DNA of 64,000 nt from Mytilus trossulus (GCF_036588685.1 NW_026963340.1:496001-560000); one strand, 5' to 3'; counted from the first letter of the stretch, positions 15,081 through 29,290 are shown. Notes: generated by a model not told the origin, from the letters alone. A program made the numbers and translations.

Positions 15081-15821
15081 GGATGTATTCTTCTGACTTT
15101 TCAGTCTCGTTCAGTCTCGTGGAAATCTCGTTCCTAAATTATTTCCAAAACATGTGATATAAGTGGAAAATATCAATGGATTTTAAAAATATTATTATCA
15201 AACATAACTCTGTGAATATTGTGTATTACAATGAATAGTTTTTGAGTAATCCAGTTTTCAAATTTTACGACCAATCGAGTCAGTATTTTTAGCCAAAATT
15301 TTGAGAAAATGGGTGAGGGATACAATAAATGATTTTACAAGAGTCATGTACATCCCATATCATTTGGTCTTTTCATTTTCTCAGATATGTATTTTTTCAA
15401 TCATTTATAACAAAAAAGTTGAAATAATATGCATTTTGTTCTTAAAACTGAGAAAAATCACAAAAATACAAAATTGACAGCATGGTAAATTTTACACAAA
15501 AAAGCGTCAAAATATGATAAAACTTTCTTATATGTACAACTTCAGATTGGTCCACTTCATCTTTATAGAAAGTATGAATAAAAGTTTAATTGCTGAACTG
15601 TGATTTTTTTCACGATAATAGCCCAAAAATAGGTAAAAATCGATGTAAATGAGAAAGTCATCAAAATTGGGCATTTTCAAAGGGCCGTAGCAAAAAAGGA
15701 AGTGCACCACCATATGATTTTTTCTTCACCAATTATTTATGTTTCAGTCTTATAAACCCAAAATTCAGGTCAGAAAAAAGTTTAATTCTGGAAATGTTTG
15801 GCTCTTCAGAGGTGTACATCC
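15081..15821. mobile_element. Kolobok-like MITE with TTAA target-site duplication
   Basis: TTAA|GGATGTAttcttctga ... tcagaggtgTACATCC|TTAA. TIR 13/16; GG..CC termini fit Kolobok rather than piggyBac. Confidence 0.75.
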
Positions 15822-15848
15822 TTAATACATATAAAATATATTACATAT

Positions 15849-18800
15849 AAGTAAATTATCATTAAAATTCATCCAAATCCATCTAAATACGTTATTGTAA
15901 ACAGTTTGAGCATGTAACTAATTCTGTTTGCTCCGTTCTTTTACGCCAATCTCAAAGTGCGTTAATTTATGGGGACGGCAAATATTTGCCTCCACCTTCG
16001 ATCCAAAAGAATTGCCGTATTTGTCCTATTAGAATCGAAATAATTCATGGGGGCTTAAATATATCTAGATTTTACCACGGGTTGTCCCTTTATGCCGATA
16101 TTTTACACCTCGCTAACGCTCAGGGTAAAATATTTGTCATAAAGGGCCAACCCGTGGTAAAATCACGATATATTCAAGCCCCCATGAATTATTTCTTAAT
16201 TTATGCATGAGGATAAGATGTCAAATGTAAATACACATCTGATTTACATCGCTCTTAGAGTAGATAGCATCAGATGTAATCTTGAAGTCATGTTTTTTTT
16301 TTTGGCTGATCAAATTGAATTGATCATTTGGAAAGATCCACCAATATAATGTATGAGTTTGGATACTTATGTAATTTAAGTATCAATTAGAATGAGGAAA
16401 ATGTTAGCTCCTTATTTATTTATTAAGCAATATAATTAGAGTAAAATCCATTTTTAATGATTTTTGTTGAATGCATTGAACCTGCAAATGTTCAAAAAAG
16501 ATATTGTTAATTGTTGTTCTAGTGTTTGTTAAATATAAATTACACTGAGGACCAGTTGACAAAACTTTGCGAAGAAAGAGATGATTTCCGCTTTCCAGTT
16601 GTGAACTTTGATTTCTGTTCGTTTTATGAATTATGATTTTCCCTTTGTGGTATTTTAAATAGAGAGAATGTGTTTTTCTTTTACCGAGTAGTGCATTGAA
16701 ATTAAAATATACAACTTAATCAATTGCATTGACAGTACTTTAGACTGTTTGTAGTAATACAAAGTTTATGTATGCTTTTGAGATAACATGGATCATTTAA
16801 TTTTACATATCATAGATTGTCGCCTTTTATTTAGATACGTGTTTCCAAGACATATGGAATATTAACACAGACACAGAGGATGTCAATTTAGGTAAAAAAA
16901 AAATTTAAATAAAGTTTTAGGAAAAAATTGCACAACATTTTGAAATTATTAGGTTTTAATGCTTTTTAACTTTTTTAACTTCGAATGTGATTAAAAAAAT
17001 TGATAATGGAAATGGGGAATATGTCAAAGAAACAACAACCCAACCAAAGAGCAGACAACAGCCGAAGGCGACATATTCCCACATCCGGAGGTGGTCCTCA
17101 GCCTACAAACTGGTTTGCTTCGAGATATCTATGAATATAAATTTCTCCCCAAAAGAGGCGTTGTTTCCGAAACAGCTGTAATTACAAAGTGCAACCAACA
17201 AATGTACTTACTGTCCGAATTTAGGGGGAGGGTTGGGATCCCGCTAACATGTTTCACCCCGCCACATTATTTATGTATGTACATGTCCCAAGTCAGGGGC
17301 CTGTGATTCAGTGGTTGTCGTTTGTTTATGTGTTACATATTTGTTTTTCGTTCATTTTTGTATATATAAATAAGGCCGTTAGTTTTCTTGTTTGAATTGT
17401 TTTACATTGTCATATCGGGGCCTTTTGAAGCTGACTATGCGTTATGGGCTTTGTTCATTGTTGAAGGCCGTACGGTGACCTATAGTTGTTAATGTATGTG
17501 TCATTTTGGTCTCTTGTGCACAGTTTTCTTATTGGCAATCATACCACATCTTCTTTTTTATATATAAAGTACCATATTTCGATAATACTTGCATATTTTG
17601 CGTAATTTCTTACTATCGAAACTAGGACTTTCAGCCTTGTAGCAACCAAGTAGTCTTATTTTGCATAGATAAGAACACTATACGAGCACCTATTGCTCAG
17701 ATGCTACGGATTTAGGCTGGCACTATTACTGTTCAAATGACCAAATGACTCCATTATCAAAATTATTCAACATCAACAATCCCTACCAAAAAACCCTTAT
17801 TTCAAATGGTAGTCCAAATGTCCCGCTCATAGAACCTTTATTTTGCATTACTTGCCAATTTTTTTTTTTGTCTAGAATTTACTTCACAACTTTTCTACTG
17901 GACGTTTAAAAACAAGGAGTAATCTATCAATTAATCGTGATCTCTACCCTTTCCTTATAAGCACCGATCGGAAAACGAATTGATATTAAACACAGGATTT
18001 TTCTTTCTGATTAGTAACACTTAGTCTACTTAAAATTTTGCGTGTTATCATGAGATAAAACGTCAGGTTAGCAGTATTCTTCAAAAACATCACGTTTCCT
18101 CCTAAAAGGACAACCGTGTTGCATTAAAAAGAATTGCTATATAAAGTTTTATTGCATAAATTTATGTTGACAATGAACAGTTTCTCACAAACTTACGATA
18201 CCATGAAAACCAGAACTGTGTACGTGTTACAAGTTTAGTATGTTGTTGTTATGTTAAATTGCATATGATAGTAAAACTTTTGTATGACCATCGTAGACAA
18301 AATCCACACCAGTATTCAAGGAGCCATTGTAGACACCATTCTGGACCAGAAACAGGCAATCAAAAATAGAGGTAAAAGATTATTCAGACAATTTAAAACA
18401 ATCAAAATATATAATCCTTTCATAATATAAATAAGAAGATGTGGATTGAGTGCAAATGAAACAACTCTCTATCTAAGTCACAAATGTATAAAACGTGTTC
18501 AATGAAGATCTGTTTCTGAAAATTCTTGAAAAATAAATGTGTCATAAGTTACCGAATTTTGATCATTTGATTGACACTTAGACATTGATTTTACATAGTT
18601 CTGTTATGACAATTATAGACAACAGTCATAACGTTTTATCATTATAAGCTCAATTCAAACATTATTAACTTAGTAAATTTGACTTCACTATCATGGTAAT
18701 ATTAAATGGAAGTATAAATCAGCTAATGTTGTTAACTACTGATTGACGTGACATCATTGCAGGTAATAATATGTTTTCGAAGCAAAATTGATGCTTGGTC

Positions 18801-19994
18801 TTAAAAAACGCGATGAAAGATCAAATATTGACGACAATGCCAATACTATTTAGATGATCAACAAAGAACTTGATTTTTTAATCGATTCTACCAAATAACA
18901 CATCATGGAAAATGTTTTAAACACGAAATAAACAATTATCTGTTCCAATACCTTGACAGGAATTATTAAAAAGTTTGGTAATATCAATTGTCAACGTCTA
19001 AGCTTTTTTCATGGACTTTATATGCATTTTATGCCATTTTTCTATTCCTTTATATGACTTTCATCCTGTATATTTCTTATGTGCAGGAAATAGTAATATA
19101 TTTTTTTTTGTGACCTTAGCCGTCATAGCCATGCATAACGTATATCCAGGGTATCACAGCTCTTTAGATGACAGAAGTTCACCATTAGCAGCTATTTTTA
19201 AACATTTAGGTAAAAAAACACTTTTATACTTTGTCATTGTTTTTTTCTTAATATGTATTATAAGTATTAAAACTCTTGATGGGAGTTGAGGAATTGAAAT
19301 ACAATCTTTAAAGGTACAGGCATAATTGTAGTAACAAAAGACCAAAGAGACATTCAGGCAACACATATCATCCACAAGGTAGATATTAAAATATTAAATC
19401 AGATGTTCAGTAAGGGATAGTGGTCCTTCTTCCAATAGTGACACTTATTGACGTTTTATGAATATTTAACTGCACTTATTGAAAATCAATCCATATTCAG
19501 TATCGAAAAAAAAGCAATTATTTTAAGAATGTATCATAACATTTCACATTTCAGCAAGATTTCAAACACGCTTACATCATACTTTTGTTGTCAGTTTTAC
19601 TTTGTCTGATGCGATTCGAATGTCCATTTGGTATATTTACCTCTATTAATCCTCCCTTTCTGTTGACAATACGAGATTTCGGATACAAACAGACATAAGG
19701 TTTGTCTTGATTTGAATACTGCATGTAGTGTGAGTCCTAACCATTTAAATAGAAACAACTTTAAAATACTACATGATTTAGTCAAGGGTAATGCCGAAGA
19801 AAAACCCTTTATCACCAATTAGGTTTAGGCTGTGAGCTTGTCAATATATTTATACTTTAACAACTGAATGGTTCTACAAAAAAAATTATTCTACATCGAT
19901 CTTGATGTTGCTAATCAATTCCATGAGCACCTTTATTCATTAACATAAATCTGTTCTCACCGCAAATAAAACCATGAACGCCATTGTGTTCATG
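15849..19994 (-). repeat. Right arm of the large inverted duplication
   Basis: Begins aagtaaattatcattaaa and ends gtgttcatg. Scattered substitutions and short indels relative to the left arm. Confidence 0.95.
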
Positions 19995-20465
19995 AGTTTC
20001 TGGTCGGTATAGCATTAGTCAGGGGAACAAATGATTTTACACTTGCTCAAATACCACAAATTTAGATATTTCTACGTCGTTTTCTGTTTTAGTTGACAAA
20101 TTCGGGATATAATTGGCAATCTTATAAATGTCTACATAAATGTATTTTTTTTTTCGGATACAACTGTTTTTCACAAATACTATAACAAACTTTGATAACG
20201 TGTCTTGTAAAGTTTACAAAAAGGACTTTTTGTACCTTTTCGCATGGACTGCCTCATATTTATAAGTCTAAACATTTGCACAGCGGTACTTCTTTTAGAT
20301 GGTATTATACGAATATGTTGTTATTAAATCGTTTTGACAAATGTTTCGCCTTCTTCACTTTTACACCTTTTTATAGACATTTATATATATATATATATGA
20401 ACGTCTAAAAAGTGTACATAATAACACCAATAACACACAAAAAAAAAACTATAAATGTAATTAGT

Positions 20466-20504
20466 TATAAATATTTCGGATAACAGATATCCTTCATCAG
20501 TATA
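20466..20504 (-). ncRNA. Minimal Penelope-type hammerhead ribozyme with canonical core
   Basis: Minus strand: uaua CUGAUGA a GGAUA ucugu UAUCC GAAA UA UU uaua. Perfect stem II; palindromic AAUAUU replaces stem III; next to (TA)n. Confidence 0.7.
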
Positions 20505-20584
20505 TATGATTGTGATGTTGAATGAATCAATTATCAGTCTACTTAGATTAAGCTGTTACAATCTTGAAGTTTTTATATATATAT

Positions 20585-20750
20585 ACAACTCGTCTAAACA
20601 TCAACCCAACAATGTTAGATCTGTAAATTTGCTTTCGCAAATTTTTGGTTCTTCCCTCGCCGGGATTCGAACCCATGCTACTGTGATATCGTGACACCAA
20701 ATCGCCTGCACTGCAGCCGTCCCGCTAGACCACACGACTCAGACGTACTT
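20585..20750 (-). mobile_element. tRNA-derived repeat inserted in (TA)n
   Basis: Reverse complement of 35150-35302; B box ggttcgaatccc on the minus strand. Confidence 0.75.
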
Positions 20751-20769
20751 ATATATATATATACATTAT

Positions 20770-21065
20770 TATTAACTCCGCCGCATACATTATTATTTTT
20801 GCGCCTGTCCCAAGTCAGGGGCCTCTGGCCTTTGTTAGTCTTGTATTATTTTAATTTTAGTTTCTTGTGTACAATTTGGAAATTAGTATGACGTTAATTA
20901 TCACTGAACTAGTACATATTTGTTTAGGGGCCAGGTGAAGGGCGCCTTCGGGTGCGGGAATTGCTCGCTACATTGAAGACCTGATGGTGACCTTCTGTTG
21001 TTATTTTTTCTATGGAGGGGTTGTTGTCTCTTTGACACATTCCCCATTTCCATTCTCAATTTTAC
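20770..21065 (-). mobile_element. Second SINE-like interspersed repeat family
   Basis: Matches 37690-37980; fragments at 13405-13505 and 36860-37100. Ends cattccccatttccattctcaatttt. Confidence 0.7.
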
Positions 21066-21163
21066 ATATTAGAAAATAATTTAAAGATAATAACAGTTTC
21101 AATGCATCACTTTTTTTACTAATACTTTCACTGCTTTCGCTGATCTTCAGGTAATGTAAATAT

Positions 21164-21662
21164 TGTTATGATATTGTAATTATTGTATTCATTTATGTTG
21201 GCCTAATTTGTGTTGTATGGCCTGTTAGTTGTTTACAAAATAGTCTTATAACTGTGCAGTTTAGAAATCACTGAAACAATCACAGATACTTATGGAATGA
21301 TTGGAACTTTCTATTTGACTAACATAATGATTCCAGAATGATCCTAATAAAAGGTGCGTTATATAAACTTCTACATTTTACTAGAAACTTCCGTTGTAAC
21401 TTTCTAGGACGTTCCATTCCAGAGTGTTCTAGAATTTTCCGTGACAACTATATATATATATAGACACTGAAGTTAAACTCTCAGACTTAGACTGAGACAT
21501 CGAAAGACATTAGTATTCACAGCATTTGGATTGACACTTTATTTCTACAAACAACATCTTACTGGATTGTGACCTTAGAACGTAATATTCTAATTTGATT
21601 CCTAGAAGATTTCTGGATACAGATAAAGATAAAAGATTGGACTCATATTTTGACAGTTAAGT
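21164..21662 (+). mobile_element. 5' LTR of Gypsy element A, 3'-truncated
   Basis: Starts TGTTATGATATTG after ATAT. Aligns with 32705-33186 and lacks the last ~120 bp. Confidence 0.9.
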
Positions 21663-22056
21663 AGCAGTCTGGTGGCTAAGAATCATACAAAATGATGAAA
21701 TAGTGATACACACTGTATCACAGAAATCCACAATACTTTTTGTGTTGAAAGATATTGTGAAGTAAGTGCTAAATTTGTTATATTAAACCAGTGAACACAG
21801 TATATTTTTCTTGGTGCTTTATTGAATATTGGACAAATATGAACTTTCCCCACTTATTGCAGTATAAGAATTTAACTATTTTCTCCTAAGACCGGATGTT
21901 TTAAGGAAAATGTTTATATGCAACCTAAAGAGAATAATTTTCTTTGAAAAATATCAAAAACTAAAATATGTAGCCTAGTCCAGATTTTGAGTAAATTTGA
22001 TTTCTTTTTTATTCAAAATGGTCTAAGGGAGATAACTCCTTTTAAGAAAAATTACA

Positions 22057-23209
22057 ATGAAACGAAGGAATTATTTCTTAAATAATCACATGAGTGATAT
22101 TGTAAACACTGAAAACATATCTAAAGGTGTTGGACAACCAGTTCCTAATGAAGCTAACCAGACAAACCAGAATACAGAAAAACAACAACAAAACACAGAT
22201 AATATTTATTCATTTAATAAAGATAAAATGTATAATATAAATCAAAACTATGCTGTAATGGATAGACCTCAAATTCCAAGATTGACCAATTCCCATAACC
22301 ATTCACCCAAGTCTAGTAATGTAACCATGAAGCCACATTTGTAAGAGGGAGATGAAGATTTAAATGAATATTTAGCTCAATTTGAAATTTTAGCTGAAAT
22401 AAACGGTTGGAATTATGCAACCAAATCATTTTATTTGGCTGGTAGTTTAAAAGGGGGAGCAAGAGCTCTTTTAAATGAACTGGATAAAGAATATAGGAAA
22501 GACTTTAATAGCTAAGTAAAAGTTTTGGACAATATATATGGTTTAGCTGAGAAATCAGAACTTTTTAGTAGAAAACTCCAGACCCGTATGAGAGGTAAAG
22601 AAGAAAGTTTACATGAGTTGGCTCAGTCAATTAAGAAATTGACTAGACAAGCTTTTCCAAGTGCCCCATGCAAAATAACTGTTAGCACTAGAACATTTTA
22701 TAGATGCTTTACCAGATGCTGATCTGAGACTAAGACTTAGGGAATCTAACCCTAAATATATACATGAAGCAGAAACACTAGCTGTTAGGCTAGAGACGTT
22801 AAAGTTAGCAGAGAGACAAAACGGGAGGATGGTTAGACAGGAAGATCCAGTTCAGACTAAGCCTATATTTAATACAGAGTTAAATGATGACAAGGGGGAA
22901 GATTTAAAATCATTAAAAAATGAATTGAGTGATTTTAAAAGAGAACTGGTCTCTATCATGTCTATGTCAAGAAATATAAATGGTATGTCCCAAAACCAAA
23001 ATAGGAATAGCCAAGAGGGAGGTAACAAACAGAGGAACTATCAAAATGGTCCGAGAGGGTATAATAACCAGAATAAGAGCAACAGAAATTTTAACCAGAG
23101 AAGTAATAATTTTGGTCAGAATCAGAATAATTATTTTCAACAGGGAAACCAGTTGAGGTCGGACTCAAGAGTCGGAGCCAGGCCGGGACAGAATGGCCCA
23201 AGTCGATAA
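22057..23209 (+). pseudogene. gag: Decayed gag of Gypsy element B
   Basis: EGDEDLNEYLAQFEILAEINGWNYATKSFYLAGSLKGGAR, ESLHELAQSIKKL, N/Q-rich tail; stops and frameshifts. Confidence 0.8.
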
Positions 23210-26200
23210 AGATTAATGAATCTTTGGCAAATAATGACGGACTTTTTGTCAGAGCTAAAATTAATGATAAATGTTTAGTGTTTCTTGTGGATACTGGAGC
23301 CAATGTTTTTTTTTAACACTCTAATTGATTCTTTATTGCACATATTGCTGTTTAACAATTAAACTTGGTGTACAACATTTCATCAAGTTTCCCTGTTAGC
23401 TTACCAATAAATACCCAGGGATAACATTCAGTAAAATTAACTAATAAAATTAACTAATTAACTAATTAACTAATTAAATTCATTGGTTTTTTTATTAGTT
23501 GTTAATGGCTTTGAACTAGCTGTCAGATAACTGCGAGTACTCTCAGATCTGTTCATTGTGTCTTTTTGTGTCGGGATGTATAAGTACCTGGCCACGTTCA
23601 CTTTTTTTTGTCTATCTGATGAGTTAAGCCTTTTTCAACTGGTTTATATAGTTCGTTCTTATGTTGTACTGTTATACCACTGTCCCAGGTTAGGGGGAGG
23701 GTAGGGATCCCGCTAACATGTTAAACCCCGCCACATTATTTTTGTATGTGCCTTTCCCTAGTCAGGAGCCTGTAATTCAGTAGTTGTCGATTGTTTATGT
23801 GTTACATATTTGTTTTTCGTTAATTTTTTTTACATAAACAAAGCCGTTAGTTTTCTCGCTTGAATTGTTTAACATTGTCATATCGGGGCCTTTTATAGCT
23901 GACTATATGCGGTATTGGCTTTGCTCATTGTTGAAGGCCATACGGGGACCTATAATTGGTAATGTTTGTGTCATTTTGGTCTTTTATGGATAGTTGTCTC
24001 ATTGGCAATCATACCACATCTTCTTTTTTATATGATAAATTACATTGGTTTAATTCACACATTAAACTATTATTATAGTTGTTACAAATAGTCTTTGCTA
24101 CATCACAAAACATATTTTTAGATATATTCATAAAAAATATCTACACAATAATTGTTTTACGGAATTTGAACATTCATAGGAAAGACTTTTTGGTTTCTTT
24201 TATTATCTAATCAAAAACTGGAGCAAATGTTACTATTCTAAGTAAGAAATTAATTGATGAAATATATCCCTCATTACTTCCAAAAATGAATTCTGTAAAT
24301 ATTAATTTAATTACTGCTACTGGTGATTCAACACCATTTATAGGACAAATTGAATTTGAAATTTGTCTTTGAAATTATATTTATCACCACAATATGTTAG
24401 TTGCTGATATTTCCAATGAAGGTATCATTGGAATGGATTTTCTTGTGACTCATGACTGTGGTGTCTTGTTATGTCAAAATAAGTTGAAGATTAAAGGGGA
24501 GATAATTCAATGTTATCATTATGCAAGCAGTGCTAAATCTTGTTATAGAGTTGCTAAACAAGAGACAGTAGATGTGCCTCTAACTCAGAAATGATTGTTT
24601 CTAGGGAGTCAGATGAACCTATTTTTAGAGGTTTAGCTGGGTTGATAGAACCTAATGAGAAGTTTATGGAGAAAAATGGCTTATTGGTGGCAAATCAATT
24701 GTACATCCAGAGATGTATTATAATCCTTTTTTGGATAATGAATTTAAATAAAGAGCCCTGCACTTTATATAAAGGTACAATTATTGCTACTTGCAATAAA
24801 GAAGTTGAAGAAGATATTCAAACTTCTGAGTTTGTTAATAGTGTGGATGTTGGCCCAGCTATAGTAAATAAGGGGAGACAATTACCTGATTATTTACATG
24901 AGGTATTTGAGTCTTGTCAAGCTAATCTTGATAAAGATCAAAGTGAAAAATTTAGAGACCTTTTGAAATAATATAGTGACATATTCTCAAAGTCCTCTGA
25001 GGACATTGGTTTAACTGATTTAGTTGAACATACCATAAATACTGGAAATAACCCTCCAGTACGTCAGCGACCCAGACGAATACCCCTAGCTATAATGAAG
25101 GATGCTGAAGCTGAGATTCAGAAAATGGTTAAACAAGATATTATAGAACCTTCTACAAGTCACAGGAACTCCAATATTGTTTTCGTTAAGAAGTCAGATG
25201 GTAGTTGGCGATTCTGTATTAATTTTCGCGCCGTAAATTTATTGGTTTTACGTCCATCCTACCCCTTGTCACGTATATATACATGTAGATGACATAATTG
25301 ATTCCTTGTCAGGCTTCGAGTTCTTCTCAACCGTCGATTTAAAGTCGGGATATTATCAGATTCCAGTAGCCAAGGAGGATAGACCAAAATCAGCCTTTTC
25401 CTTTCCAGGGGGTGGTCTATGGTAGTTCAAGAGAATGCCAATGGGTCTATGTAATAGTGCCCCTGTTTTTGAGCAATTAATGGAAACAGTTTATCAGGTT
25501 TTACCTTGAATTGTTTTCAAAAAATCATTTGAGGAACATATGAAGAACTTGAAAGAAGTTTTTCAAAGATTAAAAGCAGCTAATTTAAAGCTGAATCCCA
25601 AGAAATGTAACTTTCTTAAGAAAGAAGTTAAATTTTTAGGTCACATTGTCAGCGAAAGTGGAGTAGCTTCTGACCCTAATAAAATTCAGTCAGTTAAGGA
25701 CTGGCCAGTGCCCAAGAGTATGAAAGATGTGAGAAGTTTTCTAGGATTAACATTCTATTATAGAAAATGTATTTAAAAATATGCTGATAAAGCAAAACTT
25801 TTATATAAGGTTACTGAGAAAATCCAAAAGTTTATATGGACAGAAGAATGTCAACAATCTTTTGATGAATTAAAGACTACTTTAATTAGTGCACCTTTTT
25901 TAGCCTACCCTACGAGGGAGAATTTATTATTTTGGATACTGACGCGAGTAATCTTGGTATGGGAGCAGTGCTATCCCAACTCCAGGATGGAGTTGAAAAA
26001 GTAATTTGTTACTTTAGTTAAACTTTCAGTAGATCTGAGAGAAAATATTGTGTTACCAGAAGAGAAATACTAGCTGTAGTAGCCTCTATTAAACATTTTC
26101 ACTATTATTTATATGATAAATACTTCAAGATTAGAAGTGACCATGGTGCATTAAGTTGGTTGTTTAATTTTAAGAATCCAGAAGGTCAGTTTACTCGTTG

Positions 26201-27990
26201 GTTCGAGGTTCTGGCATCGTATGGTTTAAAAATTGAGCACAGAGCGTGAAGGTCCAATAATAATGCGCCGCCCTACGAAGACGTCCTTGCTATAATAAAG
26301 AATGTCCTCACTGTGCTAGAGCAGAAATGATATATGAATTGGTTCCAACTCATAAAAACGTTTTAACGGTTGAAAAATGTAATGATTATGTCACTACTCG
26401 TGAATCTTGCAGAAATGTTCAAGTTGTTAGTGTCAAACAATCAGTTACAAAAACTAGTATTAGCTGTAAAAATTAAGATTGGCCAAACATGATAAGTGAC
26501 GGAACTTGCCAATAAGTAAAAAGTCATGTAATTCATAATGAAGTTAGAAGTAAGAGCCAGATATAAACCCTCATTTACTCCCTGTTCAGTCTAAGATAGT
26601 AAGAGTTGGTACCAGATCTAAGGATTATGGTTGCAGTCAAAATGAGAAGGACGACCCAGTAAAAGAGAAAATATTAAAAATATTTCAGAATCTCAATTAT
26701 CTGATGATGTAATCAGTTTAATTATCCAGTGGAAAATAGATGAAGTTAAACCCATATGGGCAGTAGCATCTCATATGAGTCCTGAAAATAAATGTTATTG
26801 TTCAAGATTAAATTCATTAATTCTTGTCAATGGAATTTTATATAGAAAGTCGGAAAGCTATAACGGAAAACATTATGATCTACATATTGTTCTTCCAGTT
26901 AATTTTAAAAGGTTCGTGTTGAACCAAGTACATAACACAGTGACCGGTGGTCATCTTAGGTGTAAGAAAAATTCTATCAAAAAATTAAACAGGGATATTT
27001 TTGGTATAAAAGGAGACAGGATGTTAAATTTTGGTGTACCAAATGTGATATTTGTGTGTCTAAGAAAGCACCTTGTAAAAACCTAAGGCCCCGATGAAGC
27101 AGTATCTTGTTTGTGCTCCTTGGGAAAGAATGGCTATTTACATTCTAGACCCTTTACCTATAAGTGTGAATAATAATCGCTATCTAATGGTAGTTCAGGA
27201 TTATTTTTCAAAATGGACGGAAGCTATATCAATTCCAGACACTGAAGCAGTGACAGTGGCTAAGAAATTTGTGGAAAGAATAGTAACCATGTTTAGGGTT
27301 CCTCTTTCAATCCACTCAGACCAAGGGTCTAATTTTGAATCTAATGTATTTAAAGAGATGTGTATCATTTTGGTATCCATAAAACCTGAACAACACCATT
27401 CCGACCAAAATCGGATGGTATGGTTGAAAAGTTAAATTCAACCATTGAGACAATGTTATCTGCTTTTGTAAGCAAACAAGAGAGGACTTGGGACGAATAT
27501 ATTTATTTATTAATGTTGGCCTATCGGTCATCAGAACATGAGAGTTTTGGGTACATCTCCATGTTCCATGTTATTTGGAAGAGAAATTAATCTTCCTGTA
27601 GAATTAATTCTGGGTAGACCAGAGACTGAAAAGTCACACTTATATTTAAAAACTATTTATGCATATGAATTATCCCAAAAATTAGAGGTAATTCATAAAT
27701 TTGCACGAAATAAATTAAAACTCAAGCGACACGATGAAAAGAAATTATGATGTTGGAACTAAGATGCAAACCTTTAATGTAGGAGATCCAGTGTGGTTGC
27801 ACAATCCTCGTCGTGTAAAAGGATTGTGTCCATAGTTGCAAAATAATTGGGAAGGCCCATATATTGTTGTAAATAAACTTAATGCTGTTATATATAGAAT
27901 ACAGACACGACCATAGATGACACCTAAGGTGGTGCACCAAGACAGGTTGGAGCCATATCTAGGAGAAGATGTTCCTGTTTGGTTTAAATA
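23200..27990 (+). pseudogene. pol: Decayed pol of Gypsy element B (PR-RT-RH-IN)
   Basis: Protease FLVDTGAN and IIGMDFL; RT WRFCINFR, VDLKSGYYQI, MPMGLCN (YxDD segment appears deleted near 25510); RNase H LDTDASN, YCVTRRE, SDHGAL; integrase HNTVTGGHL, DYFSKWTEA, IHSDQGSNFES. Confidence 0.92.
23308..24217 (-). mobile_element. Poly(A)-tailed non-LTR retrotransposon 3' fragment with ~15-bp TSD, itself interrupted by a SINE-like element (23490-24033)
   Basis: TSD actggagc(c/a)aatgtt on both sides; T-run plus tttatt at the left end; inner duplication taaatt(a)cattggttt at 23475 and 24036. Confidence 0.75.
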
Positions 27991-28282
27991 AAACACATGG
28001 AGGTTGCGGTACAGAAGATGTTGAACAGTCAACCTAGAACATTTGTTTGAAGAAATGAACATTGTGTTATATATTTATATGTGTGTTACCTAAATAATTG
28101 TATGTGAATACATGAGTTTTCGGTTAAATGTATATTGTAAGACAGTTGTTGTCCTATGAGTTATTGAATTTTGTTTTCAAGTTTTGAGCCAACCATGAAA
28201 TCAATTATTAGTGAATTAATTTAATAAATGTATATATAGTTTCTGTGCATTTTAGGACAAACGCCGAGTGGTTAGGGTGCTG

Positions 28283-29290
28283 TGTTACGATTTAGTGATC
28301 GTATTATTGAATTAATGGAACTCGTGTTTTCCATAGTTTACAGTCATGACAGTAGTAAACTGTTTTTGTTTACGTTTTCGCAACGCTATTCTTAAGATGG
28401 AATGTAACATCGTACAGATATTTCCGATTGATTGGCATGTGTTTTTATGATACTTGATGTGGTAATGTGTTTACCTAATAGGCTTATTTATTTTCTCATT
28501 GTAATTACTTGTGTTTTAGCCATAGTTCACCTAAATCCCCGCAGTGCCATAGTTTATTTACAAGAGAAGCCATATTTATTTGTGTATTGGCGGTCTGTGA
28601 CACGAGATTGCCTGTGAACATAACAAACGTTTTGATTGGTCGATCCATTGACCGTAAAATTATAAATAGAAGGTTGACGAAACGAACTTGAGAACTATTC
28701 TCAGATTTATTCTCACCGCCTGCAAGAGCAGTCGGAATTTAGCTGTCTTGATGTCCTTATAATTTAATGTGAAGTTTTTAATTGTTTTAAGAAAACTAAA
28801 CCTTCTTACACATGGCAATTTTCTGTTTTGAAGAAGAAGACGACCTTCGACCTACTGAAAAGTCCCGTCAGCTGTCGTTCCACTTAGTCAACTTTCTATA
28901 AATACAATATGAGAGAGGTTTTCTGGAAATCTACTTTCACTTTAGCAGAGAGAGAAACCGTTTAGACGATTACGGCATATTGTATATAAATATAAATGTA
29001 TATTTTTATGATCAATTGTAAATATTTAATTATATATATATGTTATGCATCAGGTGTCAGTTTCACAAAAAAACTTACGACTAAGATTGATCGTAAGTTA
29101 TACTGAATTGTTCATGACATACGATCAACTTTAGTCGTAAGTTTTTTTGTGAAATCAACAGCAACTTTATACCTGACTTAGTTATTATTTCAACCTGATA
29201 CCAACTCAGAGGATCCATGCAAATTATGTTCGATCGAGCCTCCTTATTCAATTTAACTTACCACTCGAGTTAAGGGGCGAAATCGTAACA
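28283..29290 (+). mobile_element. 3' LTR of Gypsy element B
   Basis: TGTTACGATTT...AAATCGTAACA perfect 11-bp terminal IR, downstream of B integrase, followed by ATAT. Confidence 0.8.
29061..29154. mobile_element. Small fold-back MITE inside LTR B
   Basis: tttcacaaaaaaacttacgactaa..ttgatcgta / tacgatcaa..ttagtcgtaagtttttttgtgaaa. Confidence 0.7.

Noticed and set aside
14285-16210. Duplicated small ORF MPPPSIQKNCRICP... as a gene pair
   Set aside because: It lies in a hairpin-type repeat mirrored by the inverted duplication, has a TTG start and shows no splice or domain support.
10551-19994. Giant TIR, Foldback or Polinton transposon
   Set aside because: No TSD, no transposase or polymerase ORFs, and the arms are ordinary repeat mosaics.
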